Positions 19,098 to 26,938 of a DNA stretch of 64,000 nt are shown piece by piece. Positions within the stretch are counted from its first letter, which is position 1, and the number at the start of each line of letters is the position of its first letter. Below the pieces are notes generated by a model that worked only from the letters and a program-made list of their open reading frames with translations, had not been told where the DNA came from and made no database searches. Origin of the DNA: an uncultured Bacteroidia bacterium. GTDB taxonomy: Bacteria; Bacteroidota; Bacteroidia; Bacteroidales; Prolixibacteraceae. The position numbers and the translations under genes were made by a program. The stretch covers positions 18-64,017 of the forward strand of contig CAILKW010000142.1 of the NCBI GenBank assembly GCA_903834845.1, in the 5' to 3' direction.

Positions 19098-19741
19098 CGG
19101 CCTTAGCACCTAACACTGGTAAACTTTTCGATAAAGTCGCCGCTCTGGAATGTATAAAGCCTTATTTCCTGGTGGGAGGTACCGCTCTTTCTCTGCAACT
19201 AGATACCCGTCTTAGCGAAGATTTGGACTTCATGAACTGGAAGACACAGAAAAGGCAAAAACAAGAGGTTGATTGGTTTGCTATTGAAAAAGAATTATCA
19301 ACAATAGGAACTATTGAAGCCCACGATATTTGGGATTTTAATCACGTTGAATTTTTGGTTGCCGGAGTCAAATTCTCATTTTACAATTCCATGAAATCCT
19401 CTCCGATTGCAGCTCCGGTTTACTTAAAAGACAATTTACAACTTGCCGATATTGAAGCAATCGGTGCAATGAAAATGGAAGTAATGTTGCGCAGAAGCAA
19501 TTTTCGCGATTATTACGATATCTATGCTATACTTCAACATGGAATAGATTTTAAAAAGCTGGTTGATTTATCATTAAATTATTCGGGGCACATTTTAACA
19601 ACCAAAAATCTACTTGCTATACTAATCAATAGTTCACGTTTTAATATTGATCAAGGATTTGAACTGTTAAACCCAAAATATAAGGTAGGCCCTGCCGAAA
19701 TTGAGGCTTATCTGAAAATAAAGATTAAAGCATCATTTTGA
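19094..19741 (+). CDS. AbiEii/AbiGii-family nucleotidyltransferase toxin-like protein
   Basis: YFLVGGTALSLQLDTRLSEDLDFM is the AbiEii (DUF1814) N-terminal signature. 215 aa. Confidence 0.7.
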   Translation: MTALAPNTGKLFDKVAALECIKPYFLVGGTALSLQLDTRLSEDLDFMNWKTQKRQKQEVDWFAIEKELSTIGTIEAHDIWDFNHVEFLVAGVKFSFYNSMKSSPIAAPVYLKDNLQLADIEAIGAMKMEVMLRRSNFRDYYDIYAILQHGIDFKKLVDLSLNYSGHILTTKNLLAILINSSRFNIDQGFELLNPKYKVGPAEIEAYLKIKIKASF

Positions 19742-19784
19742 TTTGTAAAAATATATTACCTGGGTACAAATACTGGTAGTATAG

Positions 19785-19918
19785 AGATTTTTCATAGCAA
19801 GGCATCTGCTATCAACTACTTTATCTACGGCCCTCCGGCAATGATTAAAGCCTTTAAAAACACGCTGATCGGTAAAAAAGTTCCATCAGAAAATATTCTG
19901 ACCGACGATTGGGAGTAA
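19785..19918 (+). pseudogene. Reductase 3' remnant 1 (copy of the end of 17979..18671)
   Basis: ..NYFIYGPPAMIKAFKNTLIGKKVPSENILTDDWE* compares with the intact ..NYFISGPPAMIKAFKNTLIGKKVPAGNILTDDWE*. It has no 5' part. Confidence 0.85.
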
Positions 19919-19976
19919 CTTTCGAGTAATTCGTCTAAATTCGTGAAATCCGCAAAAATGTAATTCGTATTTTCTA

Positions 19977-20990
19977 ATGATTAATTCTGTACACACAAAT
20001 AATTTTGGGCCTTTAACTGATTTACAGTGGAATAAATTGGGGAATATTAACTTGATATTAGGCCCTAACAGTTGTGGAAAAACATTCTTGCTCAAAGCAT
20101 TGTACAGTGCAATCCGCACACTCGAAGATTACCGAAGGGGTGATGATCAGCGGACTGCCTCCGAAATCTTGCAAGAAAAATTATATTGGACTTTCCAATC
20201 CGATAAAATCGGAGATATAGTAACTAAAGGAGCTGAAACGCCCCTTTCATTTAAAATGCAAATTGACAACCACGATTTTCGATATTCATTTGGACGCGAT
20301 ACTGTGAAACAGATCTCTGAATTGGAAAACCATAATCCAAAGCGTGAAAGCAACTCCATATTCCTACCCGCTAAAGAAGTCTTGTCTATTCACCATATCA
20401 TCCTGAAGTCCAGAGAAATTGACAAAGTATTTGGATTTGACGATACCTATCTCGACTTGGCAAGGGCTATAAGGCAGTCACCGAAAAAAGGAAAAAACTT
20501 TGATGAATTTGCAAGGTCTCGGCAGAAATTAGAGGAAATGATTGGTGGCAAAATTGAATTTGATGAATTAACAGGCAAATGGCTTTTCAAAAAAGGCAAT
20601 GCAAAATTTACAATTGGCTCAACTGCTGAAGGGATAAAAAAAATTGCGATTGTTGACACGTTATTAGGAAACCGATATCTTGATGACAAATCGGTTGTAT
20701 TTATTGATGAACCCGAATCTGCCTTGCATCCTGATGCAATTGGCACATTGCTTGATATTGTGGCTCTTCTGGCCGAAAGGGGAATTCAGTTTTTTATGGC
20801 AAGTCACTCCTATTTTGTAGTCAAGAAACTTCTACTCATTGCATTGGAAAAGAACTTGTCCATCCCTGTAATTAGTTTTCAGGAAAATAGGTGGAATATG
20901 GCAGATCTAAGAGAAGGAATGCCATCGAATTCAATTGTCCAGGCCTCAATCGACCTCTACATGAAAGAGGTTGAAATTCAAACTACCTGA
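19977..20990 (+). CDS. ABC/SMC-like P-loop ATPase (AAA_21-like)
   Basis: Walker A LILGPNSCGKTF, Walker B VVFIDEPESALHP and H-loop-like MASHS. 337 aa with no transmembrane or transporter partner. Confidence 0.75.
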   Translation: MINSVHTNNFGPLTDLQWNKLGNINLILGPNSCGKTFLLKALYSAIRTLEDYRRGDDQRTASEILQEKLYWTFQSDKIGDIVTKGAETPLSFKMQIDNHDFRYSFGRDTVKQISELENHNPKRESNSIFLPAKEVLSIHHIILKSREIDKVFGFDDTYLDLARAIRQSPKKGKNFDEFARSRQKLEEMIGGKIEFDELTGKWLFKKGNAKFTIGSTAEGIKKIAIVDTLLGNRYLDDKSVVFIDEPESALHPDAIGTLLDIVALLAERGIQFFMASHSYFVVKKLLLIALEKNLSIPVISFQENRWNMADLREGMPSNSIVQASIDLYMKEVEIQTT

Positions 20991-20992
20991 TC

Positions 20993-21502
20993 ATGGTAAC
21001 AGTAGTAGAATCGGGAATGACTTTTGGTCCTTTCCATGAAGATCAATTTTTTTATATAGAAAAATGTATTGTTTACCGGGCAATTCAAGACCAGGTAAAA
21101 ATGGTCGAATTTGTTTTACATAAACCGAATGGAGTTGATGGACAAATATGGTTGATTGAGGCGAAACAAAGCTCACCTCAACCTAAAAATCAAGCAGATT
21201 GGGAGTTTTATTTGGGTGAACTAAAAGAAAAATTTGAAAATGGATTAAGCCTCTTTCTTGCTTTGTGTTTGAATAGGTATTCCGATCCGGATTTTCACGA
21301 AGCAATAAGAACTGTTGATATGGGGAACATACAATTCAAAATTACTTTAGTTATAAAAGGTCATAAAATCGAATGGTTACCTCCTCTTAAAGATGCACTT
21401 CAACAGAGACTTTTACCCCTTTGCAAATCCTTAAATCTTACACCCAACCCCGTGTTGGTAGTTAACGATGAAATGGCACGCGCGAAAGGATTAATCACTT
21501 AA
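20993..21502 (+). CDS. Uncharacterised 169-aa partner of the ATPase, possible PD-(D/E)XK-like fold
   Basis: Starts 2 nt after the ATPase stop. MVEFVLHKPNGVDGQIWLIEAKQS gives a D/E ... E-x-K arrangement. I recognise no family. Confidence 0.5.
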   Translation: MVTVVESGMTFGPFHEDQFFYIEKCIVYRAIQDQVKMVEFVLHKPNGVDGQIWLIEAKQSSPQPKNQADWEFYLGELKEKFENGLSLFLALCLNRYSDPDFHEAIRTVDMGNIQFKITLVIKGHKIEWLPPLKDALQQRLLPLCKSLNLTPNPVLVVNDEMARAKGLIT

Positions 21503-21552
21503 TTCGTGCAATTCGTGCAATTCGTTTTAATTCGTGTAATTCGTATTTTATA
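21503..21552. repeat. AATTCGT word array
   Basis: AATTCGTGCAATTCGTGCAATTCGTTTTAATTCGTGTAATTCGTATTTTATAAC carries five phased words. The same 3' junction (..GTAATTCGTATTTTATAACAAAACAAATAC) recurs at 22684-22712. Confidence 0.8.
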
Positions 21553-21947
21553 ACAAAACAAATACTGTATTTATTGCTGGTGGCACAGGTATCACCCCTT
21601 TCCTCTCGCTCTTTACCCACGAATCCTTCAACGACTATATAAAGCCAAAGATCTATTTAGGTTTCAGATCTAAGGAATATAACATCTATCAGGCTGAACT
21701 TGATCGAATGATACAACTTCGTAAAGAATCATCGGTCCCTGAGCGCGAAGCAGTCGAAGGGAAATTTGTGAAATCCTACATACAAGAAAGCGATGGTGTT
21801 ATAGATATAGAGGAAATCTTTCTTGACAACGGTATTCATTCGAACTACTTTATCTCCGGCCCTCCTGCCATGATCAAGAACTTTAAGCAGACTCTTCTTT
21901 CAAATGGAGTACCGACAAGAAATGTTCTAACCGACGATTGGGAGTAA
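21553..21947 (+). pseudogene. Reductase 3' remnant 2 (about the C-terminal half)
   Basis: The open frame reads NTVFIAGGTGITPFLSLFTHESFNDYIKPKIYLGFRS..NYFISGPPAMIKNFKQTLLSNGVPTRNVLTDDWE*. It has no start codon before M at 21708. It corresponds to intact 18330-18671. Confidence 0.85.
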
Positions 21948-22038
21948 ATTCGTGAAATTCCTGCCTACGGTAGGCAGACGTTTTGATTCGTGTAATCCGT
22001 ATTTACTAAATATGCGTATCTTAGCAAAAAAAAATGAT

Positions 22039-22245
22039 ATGACAGATGTTCAATTATATAAAAGGTTACAAAATCTCAAACCTTCTTTAAAAGCAGAGGT
22101 TTATGACTTTGTCGATTTTCTTTTGACCAAACAAGAGAAAGATATTAAACTTGTGAAACCTCAGTTTGGGTGCGCAAAAGGCAGGTTTAAAATGGCTCCT
22201 GATTTTGATGCACCACTAGATGATTTAAAAGAATATATGTACTAA
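22039..22245 (+). CDS. DUF2281-like antitoxin (VapB-type partner)
   Basis: MTDVQLYKRLQNLKPSLKAEVYDFVDFLLTKQ...GCAKGRFKMAPDFDAPLDDLKEYMY. The DFDaPL tail is typical. The stop overlaps the PIN gene start. Confidence 0.65.
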   Translation: MTDVQLYKRLQNLKPSLKAEVYDFVDFLLTKQEKDIKLVKPQFGCAKGRFKMAPDFDAPLDDLKEYMY

Positions 22246-22628
22246 TGGATATTTTACTGGATACACATACATTCATTTGGTTCTTTAATGGCGATGAACA
22301 ATTGTCTTTTAAAGCTAAAAAGCTTATAGAAGATTCAAAAATCAGAAAATTTGTAAGTATTGCATCAATTTGGGAGGTTGCAATTAAAATTGGGCTTAAA
22401 AAATTGTTTTTCGATGGTAACGTAAGTGAAGTAGCTGAACTAATTGAAAAAAATGGATTTCGAATATTGCAAATTTCAGTTGGTCACGCTGTTGCTTATG
22501 AAGCTTTGGAGTTGGTTCATCGTGATCCATTTGACAGGATTCTTGTAGCGCAGGGAATGGTAGAAAAGATGACAATAATTACGAAAGACGATAATATTAA
22601 AAAATACATAGTTAAAACAAATTGGTAA
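22245..22628 (+). CDS. vapC: PIN-domain VapC-family toxin
   Basis: MDILLDTHTFIWF.. at 127 aa, with DPFDRILVAQ near the C-terminus. Classic VapC layout. Confidence 0.8.
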   Translation: MDILLDTHTFIWFFNGDEQLSFKAKKLIEDSKIRKFVSIASIWEVAIKIGLKKLFFDGNVSEVAELIEKNGFRILQISVGHAVAYEALELVHRDPFDRILVAQGMVEKMTIITKDDNIKKYIVKTNW

Positions 22629-22707
22629 TAATTCAATTCTAATCAGCCTTTGCAAAAATTCGTGCCATTCGTTTTAATTCTTGTAATTCGTATTTTATAA
22701 CAAAACA

Positions 22708-23099
22708 AATACAGTCTTTATAGCCCGTGGAACAGGCATCACACCATTCCTCTCCCTTTTCACACACGAATCTTTCAACGAATACCTCAACCCGAAAATT
22801 TACTTTGGTTTCATTCAAAAGAATATAACATCTACCAGGAAGAACTGAACCGTATGATGGCAATTCGTACCATTCTTACAAATTTGGGTAATTCGAGTGA
22901 ATGTAATTCGTTTATATCCTTGAAATCTTACAATCAGGATACTGACGGAGTTATTGATATTCAGAAAATCCTAAATGAAAATGGTAAAAACTCGAACTAT
23001 TTTATCTCTGGTCCACCAATAATGATAAAATCTTTCAAGAAAACGTTGATTACCAACGGGATTCCATCTCAAAATGTGCTAATAGTTAACTGGGAATAA
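22708..23099 (+). pseudogene. Reductase 3' remnant 3 (frameshifted)
   Basis: NTVFIARGTGITPFLSLFTHESFNEYLNPKIYFGF.. then a frame break, then ..NYFISGPPIMIKSFKKTLITNGIPSQNVLIVNWE* (ORF 22854..23099). It begins at the same gene position as remnant 2. Confidence 0.85.
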
Positions 23100-23140
23100 A
23101 ATTAATACTAATCGTTTTAAATTCGTGCAATTCGCATTTT

Positions 23141-24064
23141 ATGAGGATTTTATTAACCGGTGCCACTGGGTTTATAGGTTCGAACATAGCCAGAGAACTA
23201 TTGGGAAATGGATACCAGGTTTCTGCAACGCATAGAACTACCTCTTCATTTGAAAAATGTTCTAGCATTAAAGACAAAATAAATTGGATTAACACAGATC
23301 TTCCGGATTGGAAAAAACAAGTAAAAGATGCAAAACCTGATCAATTAATTCATATTGCCTGGGGAGGTATTGAAGCAAAAGATAGGAACAATTGGGATAT
23401 TCAAATTAAAAATTTCTGGTTCTCTAAAGAATTATTCGATATCGCCAAAGAATATGAAATAAAAAAAGTAATTGGAATAGGTTCACAGGCAGAATATGGA
23501 GTATATGGATACCCGGTTAATGAGGAAACAGTGCCAAAGCCACAAGATGCCTACGGATCTACAAAAACATTAACTTGCAATTACCTTCGAAATTTATATG
23601 AAGGTTACCAAACAGAGTGGTACTGGATCCGTATTTTTTCTGTTTTTGGAGAAGGCGAAAACTCTGACTGGTTAATACCCACTGCTATATCAAAACTATT
23701 AAGAAATGAGTCAATCCAACTTACACCATGCGAACAGAAATATAATTACCTGTATATTGGTGATTTTGTGAAAGAAATTTATTCAGTAATTAATTGTTCA
23801 CAAAATAGATCAGGAATCTATAACCTATGTAATAATGAATCTATTGAATTAAAAGATTTATTGATTCAAATTTCAGAAATTATGAATGTATCTTCAGACC
23901 TACTTGAATTTGGGAAAATCCGGTATCGTAACAGCCAAAATATGTTAATTCATGGTGATAATTCAAAATTTAGAAAAACATTTTGTAGGGATCTTAACAA
24001 TTCAGGAAGTTTGAAAAAAGGATTATTAAATTCTATCCGTTATTTTAAAAATAAAGAATCTTGA
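23141..24064 (+). CDS. NAD-dependent epimerase/dehydratase-family SDR (candidate 4-keto or branched-chain reductase, YerF/RfbS/RfbJ-like)
   Basis: MRILLTGATGFIGSNIA Rossmann start and AYGSTK (YxxxK). 307 aa. Confidence 0.75.
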   Translation: MRILLTGATGFIGSNIARELLGNGYQVSATHRTTSSFEKCSSIKDKINWINTDLPDWKKQVKDAKPDQLIHIAWGGIEAKDRNNWDIQIKNFWFSKELFDIAKEYEIKKVIGIGSQAEYGVYGYPVNEETVPKPQDAYGSTKTLTCNYLRNLYEGYQTEWYWIRIFSVFGEGENSDWLIPTAISKLLRNESIQLTPCEQKYNYLYIGDFVKEIYSVINCSQNRSGIYNLCNNESIELKDLLIQISEIMNVSSDLLEFGKIRYRNSQNMLIHGDNSKFRKTFCRDLNNSGSLKKGLLNSIRYFKNKES

Positions 24065-25761
24065 AAGTAACTACATATATTGCAAAATTCCTAAAAAATA
24101 AAGGAATAGATACTGTATTCGAATTGCAGGGCGGTATGATTACCCGAATTATTGATGCCTTGCATCATGAAGTCGGAATAAAAATAGTAAGTATGCACCA
24201 CGAGCAGGCTGCAGCAATGGCTGCAGATGCTTACGGTCGTATAACAAATAAACCAGGGATTGCTTTGGCCACTAGTGGGCCAGGAGCTACTAACCTATTA
24301 ACCGGAATAGGCAATTGCTATTTTGATTCTGTTCCTGCCATTTTTATCACTGGACAAGTTAATATAAACGAACAAAAAGGTGATCGCCCTACCCGTCAAT
24401 TAGGTTTTCAAGAAACAGACATCGTGAGCATGGCAAAATCAATTACTAAAGAAGCTTTTGAAATTAACACCGCCAAAGAGATTCCTGTTATATTTGAGAA
24501 AGCATATCAAATTGCAATATCAGGCAGACCTGGTCCTGTTCTGATTGATATTCCGATGAACATTCAAAATCAGGAAATTGAATTACCTATTCCTGAAGTT
24601 TTTTCTCCTATTCTTGAAGTAAACAAAAGATATCATCAAGCTTTTTGTCGAAACTACCTTGATGCATTAAAAAAAAGCAAACAACCATTGGTTTTAGTAG
24701 GAAGAGGTATCCGATCTGCAGACGCAGTAGTACAGTTTCATAATTTCCTTGAAAAGCATCAGATACCCGTCGTTACTTCGCTTTTAGGTTTTGACGTTTT
24801 ACCTTATCAGTATCCCCAACGTATCGGTTTTATTGGAACCTATGGCAACCGTTGGGCCAATTATGCATTGGGAAGTTGCGATCTATTGTTGGTATTGGGT
24901 AGCCGTTTAGACCTTCGTCAAACAGGTTCTGACATTCCTTCGTTCGAAAGCGGAAAACAAATTTACCATGTTGACATTGAACAAGCGGAATTAAATAACC
25001 GGGTTACAGGATGCCACATATTAGAAGCTGACTTATCTGATTTCTTCACACAAGTAGCAAATCTTGATTCTGCCTACAACGCCCCAATAAGTTGGCTAAA
25101 TGAAATTGAAGAAAAGAAACAAGCCCGTTTAGATACCAGCGAATTGGGTTATATTAACGGAATTAACCCCAATGTATTTATTCATCAGCTCTCGCGTGCA
25201 TCACAACAAACCAAAGCATATACTGCCGATGTGGGTAATAACCAAATGTGGAGCGCACAGTCGTTGGAACTAACCGAGAACCAATTATTTCTGACTTCTG
25301 GAGGTATGGGGGCTATGGGTTATTCATTACCCGCTGCGATTGGTGCTTCAATTTCCTTGAAGAATGCTCCGGTTGTATGTATTGCAGGTGATGGTGGTTT
25401 TCAAATTAACATTCAAGAGCTGCAAACCATACGCAGAAATAACATGCCAATAAAAATCGTGATACTAAACAATAATTGCCTTGGTATGATTCGTCAGTTT
25501 CAGGATGCATACTTTGACAGTTGTTACCAATCAACAGTATGGGGATACAATACTCCCGACTTTACAAAAGTAGCTTTAGGCTATGGAATTGACTCATATT
25601 GTATTAGTAAAACAGAGGAAATTGGAGCTGGTCTATCTAAGCTTTGGGAAGATCCAACCCAACCTTTCCTACTCGAGGTTTCAATAGATATACACACCAA
25701 TGTATTTCCTAAAATGATGTTTGGTAGCCCGATAACAGAGATGGAACCGAAAATTTCATAA
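24061..25761 (+). CDS. Thiamine-diphosphate enzyme, acetolactate-synthase large-subunit-like (YerE-like candidate)
   Basis: 566 aa. ThDP-binding motif IAGDGGFQINIQELQTIRRNNMPIKIVILNNN (GDG..NN) and an ALS-like N-terminus. TTG start overlaps the SDR stop. Confidence 0.8.
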   Translation: MKVTTYIAKFLKNKGIDTVFELQGGMITRIIDALHHEVGIKIVSMHHEQAAAMAADAYGRITNKPGIALATSGPGATNLLTGIGNCYFDSVPAIFITGQVNINEQKGDRPTRQLGFQETDIVSMAKSITKEAFEINTAKEIPVIFEKAYQIAISGRPGPVLIDIPMNIQNQEIELPIPEVFSPILEVNKRYHQAFCRNYLDALKKSKQPLVLVGRGIRSADAVVQFHNFLEKHQIPVVTSLLGFDVLPYQYPQRIGFIGTYGNRWANYALGSCDLLLVLGSRLDLRQTGSDIPSFESGKQIYHVDIEQAELNNRVTGCHILEADLSDFFTQVANLDSAYNAPISWLNEIEEKKQARLDTSELGYINGINPNVFIHQLSRASQQTKAYTADVGNNQMWSAQSLELTENQLFLTSGGMGAMGYSLPAAIGASISLKNAPVVCIAGDGGFQINIQELQTIRRNNMPIKIVILNNNCLGMIRQFQDAYFDSCYQSTVWGYNTPDFTKVALGYGIDSYCISKTEEIGAGLSKLWEDPTQPFLLEVSIDIHTNVFPKMMFGSPITEMEPKIS

Positions 25762-25772
25762 AACTATTAAAT

Positions 25773-26795
25773 ATGATTAATTATGAGAAAAACAATATTT
25801 TGTCTTTTGTTATAACGACAAAAAATAGATGTGAAACCATAAAAGAAAGTTTGAGCCATCATTGTGCTGCTTTAAAACGTGAAGGTCTTGAAAATATTGT
25901 AAAAATTATCATTGTTGACAATGGATCGACGGATAATACACTTGACTTTCTAAGAGACTTTTGTTTATATCACGAGAACATCCTCGTAATTAGTAATGGG
26001 TACGATATTGGCTTCGATAAAAGCTTACTTGTAGGATTGGAATCTTCAAAAAGCAGATATGTGTGGTGTTTGCAAGATCACGCACTAGTTTTGATTGAGG
26101 AACTAAAATCCATTATTAGTTTACTTGAGAAACTTGAAATCGAGTACTCTTATGTCTTTGCACCTCTTCAGAATATAGAAAAGCTCAATAAAATAGACGA
26201 TAAGAAACTACATGTTATACTCAGAAGTGATATTCTAAACTCTAATATATTTAATAGAGAACTATTTTTACCCTATTATAAAAAACATATAGTTGAATTT
26301 GGCGGATCTGGACTCGTATTCTTTCTTGCTAATGTGGAAATGGTAATTAGTTATGGTATTGAAAGAATGTTGATATTGGATCGGGTTGCAACTATATATC
26401 AGCATTTCCAGGTTTTGCAGAAGGGGACTAATGATAGATGGCAAAAGTCGCATGGTGGGTACATTACCGTCAGCGTAGGTTACGCTAAAATAATTAAATA
26501 CTTTATCGGAAGAGGATTGTTATCTGAAGCGGCTATTAAGCGTCACTTAGCCGTAAATGACAATGGGCTAAACGCTCTTCACGCTTTTATTAAGTTTAGG
26601 AACTTGTTTTCTGTTAGTAATGTTTCTGTTGAGACAGCTCAAATTATAACCGGCATACCTAATTATAGTTACATTGAAAAACTTTTAATATCAGAAGCCC
26701 TGTGTGGGTCGAGATTTAAATTTGCTTTTTTAAAAGTGTTAGACTTTCCGTTGGTTGTATATTTAAAAGCCAAGAAGTGGTACTCCAATAACTAG
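25773..26795 (+). CDS. Family 2 glycosyltransferase
   Basis: SFVITTKNRCETIKESL...IIIVDNGSTDNT N-terminal GT-A signature. Confidence 0.7.
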   Translation: MINYEKNNILSFVITTKNRCETIKESLSHHCAALKREGLENIVKIIIVDNGSTDNTLDFLRDFCLYHENILVISNGYDIGFDKSLLVGLESSKSRYVWCLQDHALVLIEELKSIISLLEKLEIEYSYVFAPLQNIEKLNKIDDKKLHVILRSDILNSNIFNRELFLPYYKKHIVEFGGSGLVFFLANVEMVISYGIERMLILDRVATIYQHFQVLQKGTNDRWQKSHGGYITVSVGYAKIIKYFIGRGLLSEAAIKRHLAVNDNGLNALHAFIKFRNLFSVSNVSVETAQIITGIPNYSYIEKLLISEALCGSRFKFAFLKVLDFPLVVYLKAKKWYSNN

Positions 26796-26938
26796 ATGGA
26801 AGCAATACCACAAAAAGACCGAACATAAGCGAGCGGTGAGTTTAGGTTATATGTGTGCTTCAAAATCATTGATAAGCATAAAGAATGACTGAAAATTATT
26901 AAGATAGCCCATTGAAAGTAGAAATTTTGAAATAAACA

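Noticed and set aside
21961-21977. 17-nt palindrome CTGCCTACGGTAGGCAG as a terminator or att-like core
   Set aside because: A single occurrence with no loop long enough for a stable hairpin. No matching partner site elsewhere in the window.
14399-23140. Short repeated words (AATTCGT and others) considered as possible CRISPR arrays
   Set aside because: The repeat units are only 7-11 nt and directly abut one another, with no 30-40 nt unique spacers between them. The arrays are 20-60 nt long and I can recognise no cas genes.
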